Position numbers and translations under genes: made by a program
In this document: in pieces, positions 43,057 to 57,824 of the stretch
Numbering within the stretch: the stretch's first letter is position 1
Layout of the letters: each line of letters begins with the position of its first letter
The notes under the pieces: generated by a model
Told to the model about the DNA's origin: nothing
Database searches by the model: none
What the model saw: only the letters and a program-made list of their open reading frames with translations
Source of the DNA: the human T2T-CHM13v2.0 reference genome, Homo sapiens
Assembly (NCBI RefSeq): GCF_009914755.1
Contig: NC_060932.1
DNA length: 64,000 nt
Reading direction: 5' to 3' (one strand)

Positions 43057-44960
43057 CACCCCATATGAACCCTTCCCATCTTCCCATCACCCCATCCTCC
43101 AAATATGGCTATATAGTAAATCTGGTTGAATCAATTATGCAACTTCTATTATTGTAATGATGTAAAAGTATTCAGAGGTGAACTACATGTGTTAATTTTT
43201 CTTTCCTGCACAACATTTTGTTTTCTCTGGAGTGATAAATACCTTGGGTTTTTCCACCTAAGTGTTCTACGTGCTCATAACTGATTCAATGCACAAATAC
43301 CTACCCATTGCCTAGCTCTCCTCTCAAGAAGTGAAGATATATCATGCATTGTATCAACTTCACCATTCCTGAAGAAAGCTCATCTAGAACCTTCTCACCT
43401 GCTCACATCTGGACTGACTGCCTGGTTTGCCTATGATCTCATTCTACTGTCATTCTGGCATTTATTCATCCCCTTGGTTTTTCTCCTTTGCTGGCTCTCC
43501 TGTTTCGTGGATCCCACATCTTTTTCCTTAGCTTACTCCATTTTGGTGTGGCAATATCAAGTAGCTTCTGGGAAATAAATTTGTGGTGGCTTCGATATCT
43601 ATAAATGACTACTGTAACCACACACTGGGTTAAAAGTTTGACTAGGTAAGGAATTTGGTGGGTTGTAATTTTCCCTCAGAATTCTGAAGGTCATGCTCAC
43701 TGCCTTAGCTTCCAGCGTTGCTTTTGAGAAGTCTGGTATTCAAATTCCAGATTCCTTGATTTTGACATGTTTGTTGCTTTGGTTTTTGCCATTCTGGAAT
43801 TTCTCCCTCCATGTTCTGAAGTTTCACAATGATGGTGTCTTGGTGTGAGTGTGTTTTGATCTACTGTGCTGGGAATTCAGTGGATTCTTTCCATTTGTAA
43901 CTTTATGCTCACGAGTTCTGGGGAAATGCTTTGGATAATTTTGTTGCCTGATTCCTCTCCTCCACTTTCTGTGTTCTCTCTCTAGCTTATTACGTGGACG
44001 ATAGACCTCTTAAACTGGTCCTCTAATTTGCTTACATTACTGTATTTTTCATCTTTTTGCCTTTTGCTGTAATTTCTGAGAATTTTCAATTCTGCCTTCT
44101 GATTCATCTGTAGAAGTTCTCATTTCTGCTATCATGCTTTCAGTTTCCAAAAGCTCTGTTTTCTAAATATTCCTTTCTTAATAGCACCCTGTTTTTTTTG
44201 TGAATGCAATTTCTTTCCTTACCTCTCCAAATATATGAGTGACAACTTCTTGACAGTTTTTCTCTTCTTACAAAGTATTTATGTCTTTTAACTCACTTTA
44301 TTGTCTGATTTGGGTTCTTTCATTTACAGTTCTTCTTCAAATATCTGTAACTCTTCATATCTGGGACTGGCAAACAACCACTACAACAAAACCAGAGTGG
44401 AGGCGGAGGGCACCGTGGAGGCCTCTTTATTACACCATCACCACTGGATAAGCCCGTTGGTCCACTTCTGCAGAGAAGTCACCTGGGCTGGTCAGACCCT
44501 CCCCAGAAGATACTTCCAGCTTCATCTGGAGAGTAGGGGCCTTTCTGCCAGTGTATGGGAGGATGACATGAGGTCTGAGGATGTTATTTACTCACTCAAT
44601 TGTGTCTGTGTCCCCAAGTACAGAGTCTCTCTCTTAATCATCTCCAGAAGACAAGTATCTCCAGTCCACCAAGGCTTTGGAGGGGGCTGAGAGATTAAGT
44701 GCTTCTTAAATAGCTTTCAACCAATACAGATGTCTTTAGCCTCCTTTTACTCCAGCTTCCAGATGATGTCTGTTGCCACCAATTCCTGGGAATTTGAGAG
44801 ATTCTATCATGCGAACGGGTTTGTTCCTCACATCTGCTAAATCTGTTACAAGACCATCTGCTTCCAGCTTCCAAAGTATTGTGGCTGTTGTCTCCTCTCT
44901 TGCTTCTGTATCCTTGTGAGGCAATGCACTTAAAAAAAAATCTCTTTCCTGTTATTTTAA
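42870..44960 (-). mobile_element. HAL1/L1M5-type ancient LINE fragment
   Basis: T-rich antisense ORF1-like sequence (TCCAGCGTTGCTTTTGAGAAGTCTG) and 5' motif CTGCTTCCAGCTTCCAAA; interrupted by a CA repeat. Confidence 0.55.
43010..43053. repeat. (CA)22 microsatellite
   Basis: Perfect CA run. Confidence 0.95.
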
Positions 44961-46332
44961 TGCAGTCTGTGGTGGAAACAAAATTAGTTGCCTACCTTCA
45001 ATTGATGGTCATTATTTGAAATATAAGTTCATTTTTATGCCTTTGTGTATTTTCTAAAGTTCCTACAATAACTACATTAGTTAGTAATCAGAATACAAAT
45101 TTATTTGGTAAAACAACCTAAAGAAGTAACACTTTGAATATATGAAGTTAAGGCTGAACTCCTCCCTTTGGGATTTTCTCCAAATATTCATTTATCTACA
45201 TCTAAATAATAAGGAAGCTTACTCATAAAGAGAAATTTTCTATTATACAATGATCAGTGTTCATAATGATGACCTCAAAGTATGGCCACATCCTAAGAAG
45301 TCTTCTAAATCATCAGCTATTTCAATATAGTTATAGCAGATGCCATCTTTCACATGACTTTTTCTTAACCTTGAATTATCTTTTATGAAGAGGCCCAAGG
45401 GAATGAGTGCAAAGCAAATCACTACTGGAGAATTTCCTGAAAAGCTACCAAAAATTTAAAAATCACGTGTTCACACACATCTTACTCCTCAGAGGTTGCT
45501 GCAGGTCACAGTACTGATGTAAGTTCCAGTGATTTTGGCTCAGCTCATTGATAACTAACTAAAGTATCCCTCTTTAAGTACAGTAATTCAGTGTAACATC
45601 TCCAAAATAGAGTCTTTTAAGAAACAGCAATATGCTAGAAATAAGAACTCTCCTCTTCAGAGGGGGCTCTTTGTCCTGTACACTAGTGGAACACTTCCTC
45701 AGGCAGTTTGTACATGCTGCTCTGACCTGGAGTTAGCTGTGTGTCTGATTTACCCATGACACTAGGCTGTGAGCTATGTCAGGGGAGAGCTGATCACTGG
45801 TTATGTTTATATTTTCACTCAGCCCCTAGAATACTGCCATACACCAAACAGAGGGTTAAAAATAAATGCCCTTCCATTACAAGCAACGGCATATAGACAC
45901 CTTCTTTTTCAACATTCTCACTCATGACAGCATCGGGTCATGAGAGAAGGAAACAGAGGAAGAGGTCAGGAGTGTCAAACACTTTTGAAGAGTCAAAAGA
46001 GAAGAGGGAAACATGCCACTGGATTTGGAAACAGAAATCCAAGCACATGAGACATTTTTAAAAGGGTGCCAGATATTACTGTTAATTATTTAACATTATT
46101 CTGGAGTACTAGATAATGAAATGAAATAAAATCAGAAAGAAGGAGATAAAACTGTCATGATCGTTGGGTGTTATCAGTGTCTATCTGGAAAACTCAAAAT
46201 AATCAGCGGAAATCTTACCGAAAACTATATAAAGGTTAATAAGCAAGCCAGGGACAAATCTAATCCATTGTTTTTTCAATAAAAAAATTAACCAATGGAA
46301 AAATCTATAGCTAGTCAAAATCTATAATGATA

Positions 46333-46560
46333 ATAATAGTAATTGCTCACATTTAATGCTAATCCTCCACAAAGCACTGTGATGTGCATTTTACCATAGC
46401 TCATGAAATCCTCACATCCCTGGGAGGTTATAACTCTTACTATATCCACTTCATAGATGAGGAAACTAGGGCTGAAAGAGAATCAATAGTTTGCCCAAGT
46501 TGTGGAACAGCAAATAGAGGTGCTGTGTTCCCCAAAAAGCCATACTCAAGCTGACTCCAG
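46333..46560 (-). mobile_element. MIR SINE inside L1M debris (~46100-47450)
   Basis: TAGATGAGGAAACTAGGGCT...TTGCCCAAG core. Confidence 0.7.
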
Positions 46561-48184
46561 AGACCAAATATGCAAGTTGGAGTAAATATTGTGAGAACAG
46601 AGAATTATAAAATGCATGACAGACATAAAAAAACTTTAATAAGCATAGACCTATGCATTTTTCCTTGATATAAAGATTCAATATTGTAAGGTATTAATTC
46701 TCCTTAATCACTCTATAAATACAATGCAAATTAAAAATCCTAATAGGATTCCTTTTTCTCTTTTATTTTTGTCTTTCATTTTCTTTTTCTCAACCTCTCT
46801 TTCTTTTGCTCTTTATTTCTATCCTTCTGATAAAATGATTTTATGGTTTATCTGAAAAAATTAAACATGTAAAAATAGCCAGAAAAATCCTGCAGAAGAT
46901 ACTAGTAAAGAGGGTCTTGTCTGGCCAAACACTGAAATATACACTAATGCCACATACATTGTGGTCGATGCACATGAATACACAGATAAATGGAACAGAA
47001 TAGGGAAATCAAGAATAGAACCAAGTATTTACAGGACATGATATAATGTAAGGAGCCATTTTTAATGAGATTGGCAAGGATGAAAAATTTTAAATATTCA
47101 ACACTGGTGAAGGTGAAAAGTGTAATCTGACACATAGTTACTGGGAACATAAACATAGAACTCTTGGGAAAAGCAATCTGCATATGGATTACAATAAAAC
47201 TCTTTGACCTAGTAATCTCATTTCTAAGAATTTTTTAAGGAAATGGGTAAGTTAACCACAGTATTATTGATGACAGCTCATCAAATTTTGGCATATACTT
47301 AAAAGCAATGTATGTAAAACCATTTTAAAAATAACTATGCAATGACATGAAAAGATATATCATCAAGCTGATTGAAAAATAGCATGCACAGTATAATCTC
47401 ATAAGATACATTACATATATATGTAACCATATGAGACACATATATAAAGAGAGGTCAATGGACAATCATAATGATAAAGGTAACATTTTTGAATCCTTAC
47501 ACTGTGGACAAAAAAAAAAATGTTAAGCACTTTAATTGCATTATCTCATTGTTATCTTCACAACCACCCTACGAGGTAAATACCACTATAGCCTTCTTTT
47601 AAGTGATGAAACAAGAGACAGTTATCAGTTAACGTTTTCAAGGTCACACAACTAATTACTGGTGGAATCTGAATGAAACCTGAGCCATCTCCACTGTGCT
47701 CCAGGGCCTCCATATCCATCACAACCCCCAGTGCTGGGGATGCTATCACTAAGAGGAGAGTTTGAGAGACGTTTGCTGCTGCTCCATTTTATTCTGTACT
47801 GTTTGAATATTCTACCATGAACATGTGCTATATGTGGAGACAAGGAAACAAAAAGCAAACAGAGAAATCAAAGGTGACCTTTGCTACAGCAGTTTCAATA
47901 GGTAGGAGATGTAAACTGAAGAGTAAAAAGATGAGAAAGAGATGTAGAATATATTGAACAATTGGTTAAAAAAATGGCAAAAATGCCTTCTATAAAATAC
48001 CCAATCAACAGTGCAAGCACAAATTAGCATAACCCTTGTAGAGGGTACTTCAGCAAATATGTTATGAAAAAATGAAAACATATGGTTCTTTCTTCCCAGG
48101 AATGTCATTCCTAGGAATTTATCTACAAGAGATAAGAAGGCAAAAGATAAACACAGTGCATAATGTTCTGCACTTTGCTGTTGT

Positions 48185-48400
48185 GAAATGTGGTGTCGTG
48201 AAAAGAGCTCAGCATTGGGAGTGGGGCCCACTTAGGTCTGAATTCTTGCTCTGCACTTTACTGGCTGTGACCTTTAGCAAGTTACTCAACGCATCTCAGC
48301 CTCAGTTTCTTTATCTCTAAAATGAAAAATAAAAATACCGGTCTCATAGGATTGTTACGAGGACTAAATGAGACAAAATACAGCATCATGTCTGAAATAT
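48185..48400 (+). mobile_element. MIR SINE
   Basis: GGCTGTGACCTTTAGCAAGTTACTCAAC...GCCTCAGTTTC...CTCATAGGATTGTT; further MIRs at ~42300-42485, ~47520-47705 and ~61095-61330. Confidence 0.75.
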
Positions 48401-50039
48401 TAAAAAGCAGTTGTTCTTTTTGTTCCCATCACTCACTAATATGTGTAACTTAGAATGAATAAATAAGCTTTGATCAAAACTCAAGGATAAATCATAGAAG
48501 TTGGTAATATTATAAAACGCTAAACTTAGCTTTTAAAGTTCAGAAGTAAACCTGTGTTAGGATACTTTGACACTTTCTCCATCTCAATTAGCACTAAACT
48601 AATTAGCAAAACTGTTTTACACACTACAGTGAGTCACATTTTTCTTCCTTCTTCTCTAATCCCTGGTGTGTTGTAAGGGTGATTGACTATCTAATTACTT
48701 CTTAATTGAATGCACATATTATACATTTTTCACTAGTTCGAGCTTAATGTTTTTAGTTCAGAAATCAAAGTCAATGAAATTAAGTTGAATTGGGATTTGG
48801 GCAACTATTATAATGAGAGAAGGTTTGTATTATATCTAATTATAAGTAAATGTGAATTTTAGCCTTATTTCCTATGGAAATATTTCAGGTACAGGAATGT
48901 TCCATACACAACTAATTTAGATGATTAATAACACTGTTATTCTTATTTACCATCCTTTATTCCTCGTTACAATGATTTTATTGCTAAGATCCGCTAAATA
49001 TAATTATTATTTAAAGAAAAGATGCCATTAGAGAAACATTGGTTGTATCTATACTAAAATCCGAATGAACATTCATACCTGCAAAAAACTGCATTAAGTT
49101 TCTCTGCAACATAAAGGTTGCAGGAATTTTCACAGGCTGCTAACAAAAGGAAAACAAAAATCTTGGAACGCTTCAAATACAACCAGTTATATTCATGAAA
49201 AAAATGTTTATTTACAAAAAACTAAAAATATTACCAACAAAATAGTATTCCAACTCAGTTAACACTTTACAGGTAGAATATCTCATAAAAGATTTTTTTT
49301 CCCTTTGGGCATTAGGCAGGAGTAAATGCTGAAGGAGATATTATCAGACAACAAAGGTTTATTGCTTCGGTTTTTTTCTAGGTATGCGGAGTAACCATCT
49401 GGAATAATTTAGTTGAAGACCTCTTCAGGCAAAAACTAGATTAAAGAACTTCTTGAGATACAATTCCACTCCGTGCTCCTAAGATGTCTCTGAAAATATG
49501 TTCTCTGGACAAGCCCTAAAGACATTTATGAGTTCCTAATAAAACTCATAAAAGAATGAGCAATAAGAATTCAGAGCAATAAAAGCAGTAAGAACTCAGA
49601 GATTCTGAAGGGGTTTTAAGAAGCACTGAAATGGAGAACAGACCCATCTGAAACCAATGTGGTTTTACAGTTTTAACAATTAATTTATTACCTGGTGCTA
49701 CCTGGTGGCAAACTTCTTGACTGGAGAAATCTCCATATTATCCAATAAATATTTCAGATTCTGGGCATTATCTAGATTATTTTAGATAATCTGGGCATTA
49801 TCTAGTACTGGGCATTATCTAGATTATTTTAGCTTTGTATGTAATGAAAACAAGTTTTAACTGCAATGTTTAAGTAAAACTGAAGTAGCCCAAAGGATGA
49901 GGCCAATCTATATGTACCAACATAAAAATATCTCAAAGACCTTTAGTTAAAATGAAAATTTTTGTTTCTAGTATATTCTTGTTAAAAATATTTTTAAATA
50001 GCATGTTTCTCACCCTTCTGAGGGTTGTCAGTGTTTACC

Positions 50040-50394
50040 TTTCTGTTACATGGTTTCTTCTCTAACCAGAACTCCTATGTTAAAATCTTAACCACTAAGG
50101 TGATGAGGTGAGGCCTTAGAGAGGTGATTATATTGATCATGTGGGCAGAGGCCTAGTGATTGGGATTACTGCCCTTATAAAAGAGACCCCAGAAAACCAG
50201 TAGGCCCCTTCTACCATGTGAGGACACAGTGAGAAGGCACCATTCTACAAAACAAGAAGTGGGGCGTCACCAGATACCAAACCTGCTGGTGCCTTGATCT
50301 TGGACTTCCTAGCCTCTAGAACTGTGAGAAACAAATTTCTGTTGCTTAGATGTTAGTTTATGGTATTTTGTTATAGAGGATCAAATGGAAGACA
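50040..50394 (+). mobile_element. MaLR solo LTR (MLT1A-like)
   Basis: GCCCTTATAAAAGAGACCCCAG...CCATGTGAGGACACAG...CTTGATCTTGGACTTCCTAGCCTCTAGAACTGTGAGAAA. Confidence 0.85.
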
Positions 50395-51049
50395 TGTAAC
50401 CCTTTCCCTTCTTCGGGAGATGGCTTCTACCCCCAATAAGGGGGTCTGGGTAAATTACTCCACACTACCATAATCCTTTCCTCACCCTTATGTAATTTCA
50501 TTTCCATGCTGAGATTTTAGATTCTCTAGTTTTTGCCATATGTAAGCAATTTGCCATACATAAGCATCAGAACCATAACCTATATATAAATGAGATAAAA
50601 ATAATAACAAGAAGGTAAATCAGGAGACGTCAGTAATTTTATCATGTTTCTGTGTTTCCTCAATAATTGCTAACACCTAGCTACATATCAGTAGATCTAA
50701 TGTAGATCAGTTTTCCAGGGCCCATTTTTAAAAGACTTCATATAAATAGCTCAGATATTTAAATAAAATGCCAATAATACTACCTTATTTTGTGGATGAC
50801 AATAACAAACCACCACAATCCTCCCCATCAATTCCATCACTCTCACTGTGCTCAGATGTGGATTCAGAATCCTTCTCAACACTCTCCAGACAGCTGGTAC
50901 AAATCAACCAGAGCTGGCATGCAAGTTTGAGTGCTATAGGTCTTCTTGTCTTTTATTATTTTATATATTTTTATTTAATCTTGTATTTATTATCTTGTAT
51001 TTAATCTTGCCATAACAATCCTATGTAGAAGAAAGGGGAGATGCTCTTG

Positions 51050-51650
51050 CAACAGTCATGAGGAGATGACGCTAACTTTATGGGTTGTGATGACAAAGAT
51101 GGAAACACATAGATGGCTTTGAGAGCTATCAGAAGGCAAATCTGCAGAACTTGATAAAACGGAAATATGGGGTAAGGTAAAGAAGAGAGGTGTCATGCAC
51201 GACCCACGTTTCAAAGAAAACTGGAAGAGAGGCAGGTCTGTGAAGGAAGACCATAAATTCAATATTGTATATGTTGAGTTTGAGATGTCTTTGACACATC
51301 TAAAAGAAAAGTTCTACAGACAGCTGGGCATTCAATTCTAGAAGTTAATTAAAAGACCTAGTCTAGGAATGTAAATGAGTCATGTGTTGTTAGTGGTGAC
51401 AAGCTGTGAGAATGGATGAGTTCACCTACAGAGACAGCCCCAAAGGCTGAACCATGAGGACTCCAACATTAAGTGGACTCCAACATTAAGTAGCCTCCTA
51501 AAAGAACATTCGTGTAGCATGCAGAGGATGAAAGGTGGTGCAGGTAGAAAGAAAACTGGGTATATGGACACCAAAATAAGAACGTGGCAAGAAGGCAGGC
51601 AGTATCAGAACCTGCTGAGAGATCCAGTAAAATGAGGTCTAAAAATGCCC
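51050..51650 (-). mobile_element. L2 LINE fragment
   Basis: Purine-rich ATGTTGAGTTTGAGATGTCT..GACACATC and GGATGAG.TCACCT motifs. Confidence 0.6.
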
Positions 51651-52081
51651 CTTAAAAAATGTATCATTTTTTGGTGAGGAAAAAAATGAACATTCCTTTT
51701 GTTGCATCACTATATAACAATAAAATATCTAAAATATGAAAAAGACAACCTGCAGTCATACTTTCATAATTTCCAAATAATTCCAAGATAAATATGACGT
51801 TCACAGAAGTAAGTAAATACTTCCATTTAATTGACAAATATTTATTTGTAAGGTACTAGATGAGGCTCTAGATTGGTCAACTAGGTTTACTTCATTATTT
51901 CCTAACCTAGAAGTTTTAAATTTCGTGTTGTACTTTAATGCAACTATAATCATCTCCTTGAAAGCTGAAAGCTGTTCAGAATCAGAATTGACCAATATAA
52001 CAAAATAAATATCTGAATTTTTAAGGGCATTATTTTTAAATGACTGTTTCCATCAGTTTCATTGGTTGTATAGTTTGATAG

Positions 52082-52427
<346 letters not shown>

Positions 52428-55400
52428 AGGACTCAGTTTCTTTATTGATAAAATCTTCAAAAAGCAATGTCCATCTTGAAGAGTTGTTCTGAGGTGAAAT
52501 GAGACATATATGAACCGCACCTCATAGTTCTTGGCACTCTATGGCACACTGCAATTTATTACAAACAAATTATTATTACTACTGGAGGGTTTCCATGAAG
52601 GGTTTGTTAGCCTTTAACTCAAGTATAAAATTTAAAAACTATTTTTTAATTTACACTTACTTCATGCTGTGTCTAAGATAGCTTAACAAGATCTCAGCAC
52701 ACATCCAGGATTCAACCTTCCATCCCTAAAGGGCATGTGGAGGAGAGGCTGGGGCATCTATGGGCTCTGGCCCCCACCTGTAGACTCTACCATACTCCCT
52801 ATTTTAGGTCCTCCAAGATCACAACGAATGCTTTGGATCATTCCAAAGCACTTACCAAAACATATTCTGCAATCTCGTATTATTAGCTGGTTAAATAAAT
52901 TTGTGAAATGCTGTATACTATACCATACCCTCTTGGAGTTCACATAGGTCCCTGGCATAGTAAAGATTCTCAGAAGTCTTGCATGAAGAAAACCTGCTTA
53001 ATGAAGTATGTTACAAACTTGTTTGACTCTACTACGTAGACATTTATAGTCTCGTGGAGTAAGTAAAACTAAAACTGCTAAGTGCAGTAGAAAACAAAAA
53101 AAAATAATAATTTAAAACTAAACTAACATGGTACTAAACTCAGAAAGCAAAGAAGGATTAGTAAGGTCAGTTTACTTGGGAAAAAGACTTCATGGAGGTA
53201 AAACCTGGTCCTTCAAATATCAACAGCATTTAAACAGAAAACAGAGAGGAGAACATTCTAGACTTTAGGTTGGTAGATTTCTAGGAGTGACCCAAAAAAG
53301 GCAGACAGCTAAAACAAATTGTCAAGGTGCTAAGATTGGAGATACAAAAAAGAAAAATGAGATGCTTACAAATAGAAAACTGAAGGTCAGGTAAAATTTT
53401 ATTGAAAGAAAAAGGATAACTTCCCTGATTGTCACTACTCTTACACGGTCTAATATGAACTCTTGGTATCTGCCTAGTAACAATCCAGTTTTTAATAAAG
53501 TTTCCATTCCTTAACCCCTTATTTTAATCTGAATGAGGTAGACTTTTAGGCAATTCTCTCAGTTTTTCCAATTGAAAAAATAGTAATCTCAGTATAAATC
53601 CTATTTTGATTCTATTTTCCCTCTATTTTTAAGATTTTTAATCATAATGAAATGCTGACATAAAAGCTTTATTTGATACTACTGCTTCTATAATACCCTC
53701 TTTTAAGAGGTACAGAAAATATTAAAACAAATTTATTCAATGCTTTTTTAAAAAAGTATCTCCTTATACTCCTGATTAAAGTATAGGTGATTTCCAATGA
53801 TTTCTGCACTTGTTTTTTTAGCATTTTTAGTAATTTCCTTAGATGAATTTTTAAGCTTTATGTTTCCAGTTGGAGACTTACTAACAAAACCTAATTCATA
53901 AAAAAAATTCACTTCATTTTCCTCCTCATTTACCTGCTTCCTGTTCTCTCTGGTTTCTCTTTTCCATGATAAATTTAATAGAGACACAGGAAAGCATATT
54001 CATCATAAACCAGGGAACTATAATATCCAGTGCTCGAAGGGCCTTTGTGAGGTCTGTTGGAACATTTCCCCAATCCCTGTCCAGGCAGGTTCCCACCTAA
54101 ACCACCTAGGAACCTCAAGTATTTAATGCCTTAGTCTTCCTCAAAAACCCACTCAAGATTTAAACCACCTACTTACAGGAAAGGTCTTTCTTGGAGCCTC
54201 TAGAAATAAATTCTTTCCTTAGCTAATTCAAAGCCTTTTGCTGATACTTGAAAGCCATTTTTTAATGTCCACTTTTGAGTATACATGAGGTAAAAGGCAT
54301 GAAAGAACATGTTTAAATGACAAACTGGTCACAGTGATTTCCTTATGGAAAAATATATTCTTTAGGTTTAAAATCATGAAATCTACTGTATCTAGGGTAT
54401 CAGAACATATTAACATTCGACATACAAGTTGGCCCATGACTGCAAAACATTCTTCCTCCCAAACACAATTTTGTTTTAATTCATAGTGGGAGGAAAAAAT
54501 CATTCTGAAATTTTTATCCATGATAAATTATTAACATTTCTAAAACATAAAAAGGAAGAGATATATTTTAAAGCACGAATTATTTTCTTTGTTTAGTAAT
54601 CTTGAAGAGAGCTCATACAGCTCTTGTATTTTTCATTGGTGGGTTAATAATTTTTATATCACATAATCAAAACATAATAGGTATTCTGAGCATCCTTGGT
54701 GTTTTGGCATTTTACTGAAATCATTTTGAGATCTGGTAGGAAATCCATTCCAGTTGGAGGAAATTCTATGAGATATAATAAATAGAAAACAGCTACATCT
54801 GTAGAGCCTTCAGTTCTAACCCTAATGCTGTGCACCATGTTAAATTATCAGAGGAGAGTCCAAGTTCTACTGACTGAAAATATGGCTTTGAGCTTTCCAT
54901 TTAATCTGGAAGGATAATAGCTTTCACCTACTTGGTCATTCAGAGTGAACATTCTCACTTTCCTTTCCTCACACAGGCACCCCCTTCTCTATAATGCCTT
55001 ACCCTCTTCTAACCTGTAACTCTTTTAGGTTATCAAAGAAGACTGATATGAAATTGATACTTGTTATAGCTTTATTAAAGCTAAGAAGACAATATTATTA
55101 ACCGCAAAAGTACAAGTAGGGAAGAGTTCAACAGTCAAGGATAACTTCAAAGATCCCAAAAGAAAAATAAGGGCAAGTTTGACAATGGGACTATTTGGAG
55201 ATGCTTGCTGAATAACCCCATTTTTCTGGCTTTGTTTCTTTTTTAACGTATTTAGGGCATTCTTATTTTTCCACATTTAAGGCAGAAAAAAAGAGAAACT
55301 AAAGAGCCGTGTGACATTGCTTTTTACAGAAAATAATTATAATTCATTATAGTTACTGTAAACATGTATACAGCTTAACAATATTTAGGTCACAAGCGAG

Positions 55401-56569
55401 ACAGTCTTTGAGCGTCAGAATAGCCTTTTAAAAATGGGCTAACACTTTATGAAGTAAAAAGGCAAATAATCAAATAATCATTTTGCTGGAAGATGAGTAC
55501 CAATGTCATGATACCAAAAGTAACAAGTAAACTGGACCTTAAACTTGTTATATCATTTGTTCATTGTTATTAAAATACATTTAGTTCTCCTGCATCATAT
55601 AGAAAATTCAATGGGTAAAGGATCATTTAATATCAATAGGCACCCATAAATCTGAATTAGCACCGCTGAACCAAAGAATTTCCAGCACCTGGATGACTTA
55701 CATACTAATTCTTTAAACAAGTATAATACAAAATCATAGTTCATACTTCTTAAATGGTAATATAAAAAGTCACAGATTACTCATGGGAATAATAAAGCTT
55801 GGTTATCAAAGTCTTCCAGGTGCCCAGACATGTCATTTTTTTAAAAATCTGTCATTTTAAGTCTAAAACTAAAGTTATTTCAGTAAAACATAGCTAAAAT
55901 ATATCTGAATTATTTTAAACATTTTTTAGAGAACAACTACCAGAGAAATGTCTTTTCCTTTTTAGTTCCAAGAGCTTAAATGAAACATTCATGCATTAAA
56001 TTCAAAGTCTGACTGTCAAATCATTTCACTTTAATAAAAATTTGAATTACCTGCCTTAGGGCATTATTAAATATCAAATAAAAAGTACACACACATAAGT
56101 CTGATTCCCAATATAATTTTTATATAGAACTCTGACCAGATTTGTATTACACATTTCAAGATAAAAGTATTCATAAAAAAATGAAATAAGAATTAGTCAC
56201 CTTAGAATTCCTGTACCATTCTTAGGAATTTGGGAGCAAATTATCCCCTTTAAGTAATCTCAGCCACCAAAGTAAGAACACAAATATATCTTCCTTTTAG
56301 AAATAGTACCTAAATTGTAATTAACTCAAAACTTTGAAAAACTACACATTATTCATCTATCATATAAAGAATATGAAGTATGTGAAATATACAAAATCTC
56401 ATAAACAACATTTCTCTGTGTGTGTGTGTGCGCGTGTGTGTGTAAAAGAGAGAGAGAAAATAATAATAGTCATTTAGATATTTAGAGAATGGCAACTCTG
56501 GTCTAGGACAAGATACAAACCAAACATTCAAGGGAATAATCTCCCTTCATTAAAAGTATCATTTACAGG

Positions 56570-57815
56570 TATTGACATTCACAGGGAGTATACTAACTAA
56601 ACCTAGACTGGAGAAATGCATAAATTCACGCTTTGCAACCCTCATCCCACCCCCGCTGCCTCTTGGCCTCTCCTGTGAACACATCCTTCCCTCTTCCTCT
56701 GCTCCTATCCATCTTCACTGCTGCTCTCCCACTCCTAGCTCCTGCCCCTTCATCATTAAATGGTAAGAGCAAGTCATGGGTACACAGCAGCTCTAAACCA
56801 CCACCTCCTTCTTTCTTCCTTCCCACTGCAGCACAGAGAGTGCCCATCCTCTCAGCAAAAGCCAGTCTCCCTGTGTGCTTAGGATTTCATCCCTTTCAAC
56901 TTTTCAGACTTCACTGCTCCAGCTCCTCCCAGAAGCAGTATCTTCAGCCTCTCTCCATCTACTTGCTCCTTTCCCACACCCCAGCATATAGACAAGTTCT
57001 ATTTCTTTTGTTTAAAAAAGAAAAAAAAAAAGACTTCTTCAATCCCACCCCGTCTCTGTTGCTGCGGCCTCCTGCCCCACCCCAGCCCACCAAGGTGGCT
57101 GCGACCTGGAGTCTCCAGCTCCTCCCTTCCTATGGCCTTTAGCCTGCTGCAACCACATCCCTCCTTGATGTGTCACTCGACCGCCAGTGTGGCAAAACTC
57201 TCTAACCTCTGCCCATGTCGTGGTGAAGAAAAAGGGCTCTGCCAGTCAAGCTGCCTGGATCTCCTTCAGCTCCACTGCTCAATCACTGTATTACTTTGGC
57301 CCGTAACCTAACTTATCTGTGTCTTGGCTAACTTGTCTGTAAAGCCTCCCACAAGATTTTATGCACACTTAATTAAGTAACCCCATTAGATCCATCAGAA
57401 CATTATATGAACATATACAATGTCTACACCCAATACGTCCCTATTTCAACCCAGACTTGTTTTCTGTTCTCTACTCTTGAAATGCTAATGACCTTCATGA
57501 CCAGAGTCCGCTATTGCAGTTTGTGGTTGACAGGCATCTCTCACTCACTGTGCTGCAACTCAACTCTTTATCTTCAACCAAACAGGGCCTCCCCGCAGCT
57601 TTCCCACTGCCACTCAGTGGCACTCCATCCAGGGTTTCCAAAGTGTAAGACCCCGGAATTTATCTTTGACACTTCCATCTCCCTCCACCCCTCATCCAAT
57701 TCATCACTAGCTATAACCTGCGATTTCTATTTCATATACATCAACTTCTCTCCACCTCCACTGTTCCTATTCTAGTGTCCAAGCCTCCGCATCTATCACC
57801 CTGGCTACCTGGCAG
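56570..57815 (+). mobile_element. L2 LINE fragments with an embedded MIR piece
   Basis: Pyrimidine-rich L2 3' motifs (CTTCTCTCCACCTCCACTG...TCCAAGCC...CCTGGCTAC); explains the P/S/L-rich ORF at 56633-57142. Confidence 0.6.
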
Positions 57816-57824
57816 ACTTCTTCG

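Noticed and set aside
47411-47426. Perfect 16-bp palindrome TTACATATATATGTAA
   Set aside because: Built on a TA-repeat core within L1M debris; expected by chance
53928-54000. Minus-strand donor CAG|GTAAAT at 53934 as another cassette exon
   Set aside because: No convincing acceptor found at exon distance; isolated donors are common by chance
56633-57142. 169-aa P/S/L-rich ORF
   Set aside because: Arises from pyrimidine-rich L2 sequence
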